From contig NC_068981.1 of the NCBI RefSeq assembly GCF_001194135.2, positions 46,918,246 to 46,955,174 on the forward strand: DNA of 36,929 nucleotides. Reading direction: 5' to 3'. The notes under the pieces were generated by a model that worked only from the letters and a program-made list of their open reading frames with translations, was not told where the DNA came from and searched no databases. Shown piece by piece: positions 1 through 11,050 of the stretch. The translations under genes and the position numbers were made by a program. How positions within the stretch are numbered: position 1 is the first letter of the stretch; each line of letters opens with the position of its first letter. This stretch comes from Octopus bimaculoides (Eukaryota).

Positions 1-788
1 ATATATATATTATTTCCATGCATGTATACACACATAAACATATTTAATATTCCATTTTAATTTTGCATGTATTATCGAAGATATCTCTAAACATCAATCC
101 ATAAGCGAGATATATATTTTACAGAACTCTCCTGCTAGTTTTTGATTTGATATATTCTTATGCTTTATAAATGTAGAAAAATAATTTTCGCTCCTACATA
201 ATTTAGCACAATTTCTCTCTCTGAGGAGAATCCAGTTATCAGTTCATCAAACATATGAATATGACATTTGGCATTCAGTAAATTTAACCTAAGTTAATTG
301 CCAAACGGATTTATTACTGTGACATCACACGAAATAAATGTGTACAAAATATATCATTATACATATATGCAATATTTATTCAGCGTCACAGCAAAACGAG
401 CTTCTTCAATAATTTACTTAATTTTGATTCAAGTCAGCATCAATTCAACCGATCTACCTTGAAATACGTTCCAGCCATGACTATCCAGAAAAAAATGTCT
501 TTATCCTTTTGTACACAGAACTATATTACCCAATGTTTACTTTGGTCACAAAAAAGAAATGCCGCATTTAAATGACAGAAATTAACCCAAAATACCTTCT
601 ACTTAAAATGTAACCGAAATTTTAGAAATAGCAGCTAAATCACTTTTAATCCCATTTACTGTCAGAACCAAAGCAACAATATTTTAGAGAGAAATTTAAA
701 ATAATCTGATTATACTGTAACCATATACCTGCTTGTTGAGGAACGATGCGGGTTAAACAAGAACAACAACGACTATGATGATAATAAT

Positions 789-965
789 TTTTACTATAGG
801 TATTAAGGCTTGAAATGTTGGAGAAGGGGCAAGTCGATCACATTGACCTCAGGCGACTTCGAAACGACGAAAAGCATAGTCGACCTTAGTAGGATTAAAA
901 CTCAGAAAGTAAACACGGACGAAATGTTGCTAAACATTTTATCCGGCGTGCTAACCATTCTGCTT
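789..965 (-). mobile_element. Degenerate SINE copy (same family as 14378-14575 and 19761-20020)
   Basis: Shares ordered motifs with the 14378 copy: ACTATAGG..AAGGC.TGAAAT, AGTCGAT.ACAT.GACC, CGACTTCGAAA.GA.GAAA.GCA.AGTCGACCT, CTAA.CATTT..CGTGCTAAC.AT.CTGC. Has an internal deletion. Confidence 0.8.
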
Positions 966-2336
966 GCAAATGAACTTGATGGCTATGGTGACAATGAAGG
1001 CAACAATAATACGCTTCTCTATTGTTGTAGTTCATAATTAGCTGGCTTTCTTTGACTCATATTTTCGATACAGTAGGATGTGCATTTCACTTGAATGTCA
1101 TATTTTTGAAGACAAATATATTCTGTTGGAGAGATGTTAGTAAGTAGCAATATAGTCACGTGGCACTTATCTTCTTTTTTTTTTTTAGATTTGTTTTCCT
1201 TTTGAATCATTAATAAAGGTTCGACGTATTTTTCCACAGCTTAAGGAAACATTATAAAAAGTCTGCTTTATTAATTATGAAAGTCATATATTCTATAATA
1301 ATCAATTTTAGAACATCTGTCTCGTGATGATAAAGCAAATAACGTTTATAAGATTTTTAAAGTTGGAGACATAATGTTTATTAAGAACGTAACACAAAAA
1401 CAAATACTTGTGAATATTTAACAGATTTTGTGAGTTGATATGAAACAGGAATTCTCAACATATGTGTCGTGGAAACAATTTTTTCTAAATTTTAAAATAG
1501 TTGATAAAATCGAAAATGATTATTAAACAATGAAACATAAACCTAAGTGATCGAGTATTCATACCAGACACAATCTGATCACTTAATGATTTCAGTTTAT
1601 ATTGTCGTTATTGTTGATTTGAATACCGTTGCTCTTATTCCAGTTTCTTCTTCTCCTGCAGTTATGATGGTTGTACCAGTTATGATGGTTGTACTAGCTG
1701 TATAGTCACAAGTCAGCCCTAATAAAATATTAATAATCAGATTTCAACCATAGATATCCCGTATTTTTGGAGATATTGCCTTTTGATCTTTAGTTAGGTT
1801 CCTTAATTTCGAAATAAATGTTTTTCGTAATCTAATATAACTACACTATAATTGAAAACTAATATATTAATTAAATAATTCTTCAAACTAATCTCTTTCA
1901 CACGGTTTCATTTTCTTTCATCGCACTTTCATTACACAGATTCACATATATAAAAAATACGGAGCAAAAGAGAGATACAGAGAAAGATAAAGACGGGGTG
2001 GGAGAGAAATTGTGTACAAAGATTAATTCTTTTTACACTACAAACTTAAATATACATAAGTGCGTGTATGTGTGCAAGCATGCGTATATGTGTAATTGAT
2101 GTATGTTCTCTTCTCTTTATAATTCTTCACATTTTTCCTCTGGAGAAGGATCTGGTTTCGAACAAAATACAAAGCTCCATCATTGGTCGGTAGATAATAA
2201 ACACGATGTCACACTTTAAACTTGAGAAAAGACTTGCATATATTTACGGTTCCGCTTACAGACAGTATTTGTGTTGTGTGAGTTATTTGGTGAGATCTTT
2301 TTAATGAAAATCCTAGCGTATACAATTTCTCACACA

Positions 2337-3018
2337 AAACATTCCTCATCAGATATAGGGGAAACAACCAAATCATTGCTGGAAATGTTGCTAGTTTGAT
2401 TTACAGATTTCTGTCTTTCACAACTATATAGCAACAATTATCCTGACCAAATTCCAGTCCTGTATCCTTTAGGAATGCTGTAACAAGACCAAGGCTATTT
2501 TTCTATCTCATACATATTCTTTGCATAAAGTTTTAAGTCATTCACAAAGAAACAGTGTGTAATTTTACNNNNNNNNNNNNNNNNNNNNNNNNNNNNNNNN
2601 NNNNNNNNNNNNNNNNNNNNNNNNNNNNNNNNNNNNNNNNNNNNNNNNNNNNNNNNNNNNNNNNNNNNNNNNNNNNNNNNNNNNNNNNNNNNNNNNNNNN
2701 NNNNNNNNNNNNNNNNNNNNNNNNNNNNNNNNNNNNNNNNNNNNNNNNNNNNNNNNNNNNNNNNNNNNNNNNNNNNNNNNNNNNNNAAACATTCCTCATC
2801 AGATATAGGGGAAACAACCAAATCATTGCTGGAAATGTTGCTAGTTTGATTTACAGATTTCTGTCTTTCACAACTATATAGCAACAATTATCCTGACCAA
2901 ATTCCAGTCCTGTATCCTTTAGGAATGCTGTAACAAGACCAAGGCTATTTTTCTATCTCATACATATTCTTTGCATAAAGTTTTAAGTCATTCACAAAGA
3001 AACAGTGTGTAATTTTAC
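2337..3018 (+). repeat. Two identical ~232-bp segments flanking an N gap (2337-2568 and 2787-3018); LINE RT-derived; probable assembly overlap
   Basis: Both copies start AAACATTCCTCATCAG and end GTGTAATTTTAC, and abut the gap 2569-2786. The minus strand encodes KITHCFFVNDLKLYAKNM. Confidence 0.9.
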
Positions 3019-3019
3019 T

Positions 3020-4400
3020 AAAACACCAAGTGCATGAATTTGAATTTATAACATGGATAAAGAAGCTGGAGATTTTGAAGCAGTTGTCTATTGTTATCCT
3101 AATTCTGTATGTTTTTCAAAGAGATATTCACTTCAGCAGGACAATTGACTTCTATGACGGTACAGACGTTTCTTTATCTGTCCCAAACAGTAATATCCGA
3201 CCTGTTATGTTTACATTTGACAGATGATTTGATGGGGATGTCTCGCTTGTATTCACTGTGTTCATGTTTGCGAATGTAGCGTAGCTACAATATCATGCCT
3301 CATAAGTAAATAATACTGTGATGACATTTTTGGGCAACTGCTTACATTGTGGTGAAATCTTCGGTATTAATTCCACAAAGCCTGCATCGATTGTCATATT
3401 TTGCTGCTTTTCCTGCATCTCTGTTCGTTTTGTGTATCAGGTATTTGTTTGATATTTCCTGTTCCTGGATGGCAAACGCAGTGGGACATCTTAATCCGGT
3501 TGTTGGTCTATGATAGACTGATTTGATGATCAAAGTTACTATCATCTCAGAGCTTTCTACTAACATATCCATGCATGGTTTGCTGCTGATATAAACTCAA
3601 GCTTTCATCTGATGATACGTTGCGGTAGACTCGTGCGACTTATTTGGGTATGTACTTAAAGTTATCAGACAAGGAATGCTGCCCAAGAAGCCGCTTTGCA
3701 AGCCTTATGATGTTATTTGCCTCATGTATGCAAATTTGGTAACGAGATGCACGTCGACAGTGGGTGGTTAATAAATGTTGCCGAAGGGATATAATGCAGC
3801 ATTCAAAGGCGGTTTGGACTGATGTCAAGCTTTTGCCGCCTTGTTTCGTTTTAGTTAGAAGAAATCTACATCACTGATGATGTGGAAATTATGAATGCTA
3901 ATTAGTTACTTCCGGGTCGTCAAGTCAATGACTCAGATCTCATCGTGCGTCCAGTCAAGCAGCCCAAATATTGATATGAGTAAAAGCACTGGAAGCACGT
4001 TGCGGGCAACTGTTTTATTGAATGCAGTGGGGCACGAGCTCCATATGTTCTTAATTCGGCTGCAATATTTTTAGTGACACATGTTTTGTTACAGGTCCCA
4101 TTGTAAGATAAGTTTTCATTCACCCAAGATACCTGTAACATTCCTCATCAGATATAGGGGAAACAACCAAATCATTGCTGGAAATGTTGCTAGTTTGATT
4201 TACAGATTTCTGTCTTTCACAACTATATAGCAATAATTATCCTGACCAAATTCCAGTCCTGTATCCTTTAGGAATGCTGTAACAAGACCAAGGCTATTTT
4301 TCTATCTCATACATATTCTTTGCATAAAGTTTTAAGTCATTCACAAAGAAACAGTGTGTAATTTTAACATTTCTATTCCATTGCGAACCAGTGATATATC
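3020..4400 (-). mobile_element. Decayed R4/Dong-like (RLE-type) non-LTR retrotransposon fragment B (RT end to endonuclease)
   Basis: Minus-strand peptides: RT motif KITHCFFVNDLKLY (DD mutated to ND), DEECYRYLG, FAIQEQEISNKYL..DNRCRLC (Cys knuckle), and an RLE-like region near 3050-3300. Multiple stops and frameshifts. Confidence 0.8.
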
Positions 4401-6950
4401 CAAGCAGCGCTATTTTCTGCAAGAGCTCTACTCTTCTTGCAGCCCCTATTTCTACCATATATTTCTAAAGATTTTACTCACTGTTCCCAGGGCTCCGACA
4501 ATTATTGGTATTACTACCATCTTTTTCAGCGACCAGAAGTGCTTCATCTTCCAAGATAATCTGTCATATCTATCGACTTTACTTTCTTCCGTATCTCATG
4601 CCTTTATTTTTCAGCTGGGTATGCTATGATCCTGTATCGTTTGTTTTCTTTCGCAATTAACACAACGTCCAGATTCCTATTCTCTATCCCATGGTCGCAC
4701 TGAATCATAAAATTCCATAGGGTTTTTGCTTTATCATTTTCGATGACGACTTCGGGTTTATGTTCACACCACTTTTTTTCACTGTCAAGTTCATACATGT
4801 TTCAAAGTGTTCAATGGTCAATATTTGCTGTGTCTTTGTTACATCTTTTATATTCTTTCTGGGCTTGTGGCGTACGTTGACTGGTAATATGCCATACGGT
4901 TTGACGTTTTTGTCCACAAATTCTGCACTTATCACTTTCTGATGTGTTGTCTATTCTGTATTTGATGTAATTGGTTCTTAATGCTTTCTCATAGGTAGCA
5001 CAGAAGCGAGCCACGGTTTCCGGTTTTAAATCACTTTTAGTCATCCATGGCCATCTTTTTGCTCTGTCCGTCTTATCTTCAATTTCTCTTTGAAATTGTT
5101 CATGCATTCTTTTCTTTATCCATTTATTTTCAGTTTCATTCATTCTCAAGTGTTTGTACAGTGCTTTCGTTTTGCAATCGTCCACCCTACACAAGCCTGG
5201 CAAACTTCCTTCCAATAACAGCGGTCCTATTGTATTTTTACATGCCATGCTATGCTGATTTCTTCTACGCTAATGCTGTGTTCCCATCCAATCTGTCCTC
5301 TGCTTCCTCTTTTTCTTGGTACATACTCTCTTTCTGTGTCACTTTTTGGGTAGAGTGTCCCATATCTATTCAGCAACTTCCTGATGTTTCTGTCTAAGTT
5401 GTTTAGCCCGTCTACTGTCCTTGCGATTACCCGTGCTCCATATCTAAGGAGTGAAACCGCCCAGGTGTTGATAGCTTTAGTCTTATTCAGTCCGTATAAT
5501 TTCGACTTAAGATCAGTCTGTGTCTGCACAAGTTCTCCTCCTTAAATTTTTGTCATTTCTCTCTGCATCAATTTATCCATTTCCAATAACCCCAGTTACT
5601 TATAGCTCGTCACCTCTATCTGCTTCATAACCATCACAGACAGTATCGCTAGCTCATCCATACATTTGATTTTGCTTCTCTTCAAGCCTCACACGCCACA
5701 ACGTTTCAGTCCGAATTCCATTCTGATATCAGCACTGACGGTATACGCCGTAACAAAGAGGGAACTGGCTTGGGATTCATCATTACCATAAAGTTTGAGG
5801 TTATCCATGAATAATAAATGGTTGATTTTTTTGTTGGCAGCTTTTGAATACATACCCAGCCCTTGCTTTCGTTAGAAGCAGTGCTAGTAGTATCATGCAT
5901 AGTAGAAAGATCACTGGCGACATGCCACTCCTGATTTCTATTGTTCCTAAACGTCTATAGGCTGTCACATCCTTCCTCCACTTCGCCATACTTTTTCCCA
6001 AGCAATCACTAAACATTCCATGCAATACCAAATAGGTTCATAAATTCTATATTTCAGGAATGTGGGATGATATTGTACGCCTTACGATATTCTATCCATG
6101 ACATAGCTAAGTTAGATTACATCCTCTTGGAGACTTTAACTACACTTTTTCCTACCAGGAGTTTCTACTTACCCTTGCAACCCTTCTGATCTATGGCAGG
6201 ACTTCATTATTTTCCCGATGTCCGTAGATTGACTCTGCGGCCATTCAAGTTAACAATTTCCACATAAGCTGCAAGCAGGATATCGGCCTGTAATTGTCTA
6301 CTGCATTGCCTTTTCCTATGTTTTTCAAGCACTACTCTGGTGTTACTCGATCAGGATTTAACAAGGTGTTGAGCTGTACAGCTATTCGTTTATGACATTC
6401 ACTAGATCTTTTGATTCAGTAGCCTTGAACTCCATCTGGTCCCGGGGCATTCCAGGTTCCCATTCTTTTGCTGATTTCCCTCACATCCCAAAGTGAAATG
6501 ACTAGTTCTGCCTGATTTGGACAGACTGCTATTTGTTTCAATTCTTGTAACCATTCAGCATCCTTCTTGTGTTCCTTTTCTTTGCTCCAGATTTCACTCA
6601 AAGAACTTTATCTGGTATCAACTTTTTATCTGTACATTCTGTATTTATGGCTTTGTAGAATCTCTTCTGATCTACTCTGAATAACTTATTCTACAGTTAT
6701 CCCTTCATTACTTGGTCGTGTCTTGCTATGTTTGCATTCTTTGGGAACGAGGCGCTGTTTCAGTTCCTCCATCACCACTTTCACGCCCATTCTTTCAACA
6801 TCATACTTCCTGTTCAATGACCTGTATTTTTGTTCTATTTTTGGTCTAGCACAGAAATTGTTTCGACAGCATATCTAACCACACCTATATTCTTATTTTC
6901 TACCGTGGATCTTTTCTTTTGTCACTCCTATTATATTTCTTTTCCTTGAT
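4401..6950 (-). mobile_element. Decayed, 5'-truncated R4/Dong-like non-LTR retrotransposon A (RT, CCHC, restriction-like endonuclease)
   Basis: Peptides WNAPGPDGVQGY, INHLLFMDNLKLY, LYGLNKTKAINTWAVSLLRYGA, PKSD..YVPRKRGSRG, KSDLKPET..YEKALRTNYIKYRIDNTSESDKCRICG, EHKPEVVIENDKAKTLWNFMIQCDH, RVELLQKIALLG. These are in the order expected for R4-clade ORFs, broken by frameshifts. Confidence 0.92.
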
Positions 6951-6960
6951 CAGCAGCAGC

Positions 6961-7032
<72 letters not shown>
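6951..7032. repeat. (CAG)n/(TAG)n microsatellite
   Basis: Directly visible; abuts the 5' end of LINE A. Confidence 0.98.
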
Positions 7033-7416
7033 TGCATCAGCATCAGTTGCCATAGCAATAACATTGATATCACCATGAGAGAATGATAAAATTCATACAT
7101 ATGGAGCAACCACGCAATCGCGTTAAAACATGTACCTGTAATATACTATATACATTTCCTTCCATATTTGGGGCCTTCTTAGAAACATATAAATCAATGT
7201 CCTTAATACTACTTCGCTATCTAGAAATATATATCTTCGATTAGATAATTACGTATTAAGTTAGGCCAACTCGCTTAAGTGTGTGATCGTTATCTTCAGA
7301 AGCCATATTATCATTTTATATAGTATCACGTATTATTTCTTTAATATAAGCTACACCGATATTATTTAGGCTAAGTTAAAATATAACTCAAAACATATCT
7401 GCGAAATCTGATCAGA

Positions 7417-7471
<55 letters not shown>
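7417..7471. repeat. (TAC)n microsatellite
   Basis: Directly visible. Confidence 0.98.
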
Positions 7472-7472
<1 letters not shown>

Positions 7473-8387
7473 TTCTTATACTTATGTGTATGTTGCTAAA
7501 CCTTATACTTTATTGATTCCTAAGTAAAACCAGATGATTGTTCTCCATATTCTGAACTGTTTCCTCTTTATCATATTATTATTATTATTATTTCATATTC
7601 TTTCATACGGTGTCACTAGCTAGGTTCGATATATTAGTTACCTATCGATCCACGCATAGGTATATGTATGTATGTATATATATATATATATNNNNNNNNN
7701 NNNNNNNNNNNNNNNNNNNNNNNNNNNNNNNNNNNNNNNNNNNNNNNNNNNNNNNNNNNNNNNNNNNNNNNNNNNNNNNNNNNNNNNNNNNNNNNNNNNN
7801 NNNNNNNNNNNNNNNNNNNNNNNNNNNNNNNNNNNNNNNNNNNNNNNNNNNNNNNNNNNNNNNNNNNNNNNNNNNNNNNNNNNNNNNNNNNNNNNNNNNN
7901 NNNNNNNNNNNNNNNNNNNNNNNNNNNNNNNNNNNNNNNNNNNNNNNNNNNNNNNNNNNNNNNNNNNNNNNNNNNNNNNNNNNNNNNNNNNNNNNNNNNN
8001 NNNNNNNNNNNNNNNNNNNNNNNNNNNNNNNNNNNNNNNNNNNNNNNNNNNNNNNNNNNNNNNNNNNNNNNNNNNNNNNNNNNNNNNNNNNNNNNNNNNN
8101 NNNNNNNNNNNNNNNNNNNNNNNNNNNNNNNNNNNNNNNNNNNNNNNNNNNNNNNNNNNNNNNNNNNNNNNNNNNNNNNNNNNNNNNNNNNNNNNNNNNN
8201 NNNNNNNNNNNNNNNNNNNNNNNNNNNNNNNNNNNNNNNNNNNNNNNNNNNTATATATATATGTATAAATTTTTCTATGCTCTCTCATATATCTTTCGTG
8301 ATATCAATATAAGAATATCTGCATTTATGTAAAATAACATTGATACATATTATATTCAAAAGAACGATTCCTTATATTCATATATGT

Positions 8388-8448
8388 TCACACACACACA
8401 CACACATACACACACACTCGCATACATAATACCTATATATATAGATAT

Positions 8449-8495
<47 letters not shown>
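8388..8495. repeat. (CA)n/(TA)n/(CT)n microsatellite cluster
   Basis: Directly visible. Confidence 0.95.
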
Positions 8496-8498
<3 letters not shown>

Positions 8499-8919
8499 AT
8501 TCATACATGCAACTGTACATACATATCTTAAAAGAAATATATTCATCGCTATCATAATCAATGAAGAACATAAAGAAGACAGCTATTTCCACTATGTTTT
8601 TCACTTGTGTTCTTCTGATGTTTTATGGCAATGAAATATAATTTGACAGTAATATATCATTTTTTTCTCTCTGGCAGAAGTGATTACCATATCGAAACAA
8701 ATCAAACCTAGATTCCTGTCTACTGAGGCAAGTTTACCTATAGGAAGTGCATATACATATAAATGCAGACATTCATGCATATAGATACATATATACCTAC
8801 ACCCACACATGTATATATATATATATATATACACATATATATATATATATATAATGTTCATGTTGTAATGCGTGCATCACTTCTATTTATTTTGTAAGTT
8901 TATCGGAGTCAATGTGCAA

Positions 8920-10135
8920 GAGTCGTATACCATATTACTGCATAAGACGATTTAAAAAACTATCACCCGATATCCTACTTGTTCTACCTCTGTAGTCTGT
9001 TTTGAAAGGTCATAATCAACTGACCATCGAAATATCTGAATAACCAACCAGAACGAATGATCCATCGTACTGTATGATGTGCAGTTCGATGGATCACATA
9101 TTCTCTTAAATACTTACGATAGAACGAGCGAAAAATACAAGAATGCCAATGTGTTTTGTTTTTGTCGACCATGAAATGGCGTTCGATTGCATCGAGATAA
9201 ATGCGAGGCTGAAATCTCTGGAAATGCAAGGTGAAACGTAGCACACCACACTCTTCAAGGATGTGAACCGGATGCACCTTTAAAATAGTTCTGCTATCAC
9301 CACCAGTATGAGTTCCAAGTAGAAAGTGCGTGAAACAAATAGACACTTTCTCTCCAAAGTTCTTCACCGCATGTCTAGAAATGGTTATCAGTGACAATGA
9401 CTGGGCGGGTGGCGTGAGTATCAACGATGATCTGATAACACAGCTCTGATTCGCTGATAACATCGTACACATCGCCAAAACAGATCAGCTGCTGATGATG
9501 GTAACAGAGCTGGACATCAATTGATCAACAACAATTAAGAAAATTAAGCGCATGGAAGCAAAATATACCCGGTCCAAAAACATATGCCAAGGCCAAAAGA
9601 GGTGGGAAGCGTTGGAATCGAGGAGGTAAAGGAGTACATCGACTGAGGGCACACAGTGAATATACACCGGAAGATTGGTGCTGAAATGTTGAAAAGAATA
9701 AGGACAAGGTGGGAGACATTAATCTTACTAAAGTATGTGATCAAAGCAAAGCTGGACAATACCATACGTGTCAGACGCTTCAATAGCACCTTCCTACATT
9801 CCCTGTCATATGTAAGAGAGACGTGAGCTAATACGAAGCTAGAGGAACATTGATTGGCTTCAACGCAAAGGGTCATGGGAAATTTCATGCTAGGAATATC
9901 ATTGCGGGAGCATATCTGAAATAAAATAAATGAACAACGGATTTGTGCGAATGTCATAATCTCAGAATACCGAAAGCACCAGTTCTGCTGAGCTGGATAT
10001 GTCCCAAGGTTCATAGACAATAGATAGACACGTGCTGTTGCCTACTGGTATTAAAGGGATCGCAAAATAGACAACTCGGCAGGAAACCACCACGATGAGT
10101 AGATGATTTAGTTCAACGGTTTGGGCTATGAGGGA
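8920..10135 (+). mobile_element. Decayed RTE-clade LINE, reverse transcriptase and 3' region
   Basis: Plus-strand peptides MPMCFVFVDHEMAFDCIE..LEMQG (cf. FxDYEKAFDS), RKCVKQIDTFSPKFFTACLEM (cf. KGVRQGDTISPKLFTACLE), RFADNIV (cf. RFADDIV), and a C-terminal RQLGRKPPR.VDDL. Many stops and frameshifts. Confidence 0.88.
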
Positions 10136-10187
10136 AAAGAATGGCAGAATGACGAAAGCGTTGGAAGCACATTGTGATCAGTGATGT

Positions 10188-10188
10188 C

Positions 10189-10230
<42 letters not shown>

Positions 10231-10350
10231 CGCGTGTGTGTGTGTGTGTGTGTGTATGAAAGAAGAGAGAGAGCGAGAGAGAGAGAGCGAGAGAGAGAGA
10301 GAGAGAAAGAAAGAGAGAGTGAGAGAGAGAGAAAGAGAGAGAGATATATA
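10188..10350. repeat. Compound (TA)n-(TG)n-(GA)n microsatellite
   Basis: Directly visible. Confidence 0.97.
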
Positions 10351-10907
10351 AAATGAGAGATAATGATGCATATCAGCTCGATGAGATTCCTTTTATGGCC
10401 TGTCCTCGATAAAAAAAAATTCGGAGTGTGAGTTCAGATTGTTTGAGCACTACCAAGTGTTTTCTATATTGAGCACGTCTGAATCTCATTTACTGGTTTC
10501 CAATCTCACCCCTACACCCCCTCTCTCTCCAAGAGATACTGCCTCTCCAAATCTCTACGGGACATCCGACAAAATATTACCATATAACTTGTAAGTGCAA
10601 ATAAGAGACTCATTAACCTGAATATATTTAGAGGGATAGGAAGCTCAGGAAAGAAAACTTACCTTCGGCAGGTGTTTTAATAGTGCCTGAAATATAATAA
10701 TTCCACCACGAAGACAAAAGTTTCAACAAGAACAGTGTTAAACACAAAAATAGGAATATGATATTCTTATTTCAGCGTTTAATTATGTTCTTACAGAATC
10801 TCGAGTTTGTGTGAAAATTGATGGGAAAGAAAATGGTCAAGGAATTAAAAATAGAAGAGGATATACATGCGAATCCCTATATATACAAGTATGGTTACTT
10901 GTGTATA

Positions 10908-10932
10908 TGAGTGAGAGAGAGAGTGTTAGATT

Positions 10933-10983
<51 letters not shown>

Positions 10984-11050
10984 TGTTAGATTGATAGATA
11001 GATAGATAGAGAGAGATAGAGAGAGAGAGAGAGAAGGAGGGAGGGAGAGA
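10908..11050. repeat. (GA)n/(GATA)n microsatellite with repeated GTGTTAGATTGATAGATA interruption
   Basis: Directly visible. Confidence 0.95.

Noticed and set aside
1659-1694. 18-bp tandem duplication CAGTTATGATGGTTGTAC x2
   Set aside because: Two copies only; ordinary slippage.
2145-2180. Hammerhead-like CTGGAGA..GAAC
   Set aside because: Two core positions deviate from CUGANGA/GAAA and helix II is poor; at best a dead Penelope-type relic.
2495-2887. ORFs spanning N runs (also 7610-8332, 16759-17541, 18355-18882, 20563-20885)
   Set aside because: Open only because Ns translate as X.
8984-10020. Minus-strand ORFs of 164 and 158 aa
   Set aside because: Antisense shadows of the plus-strand RTE remnant.
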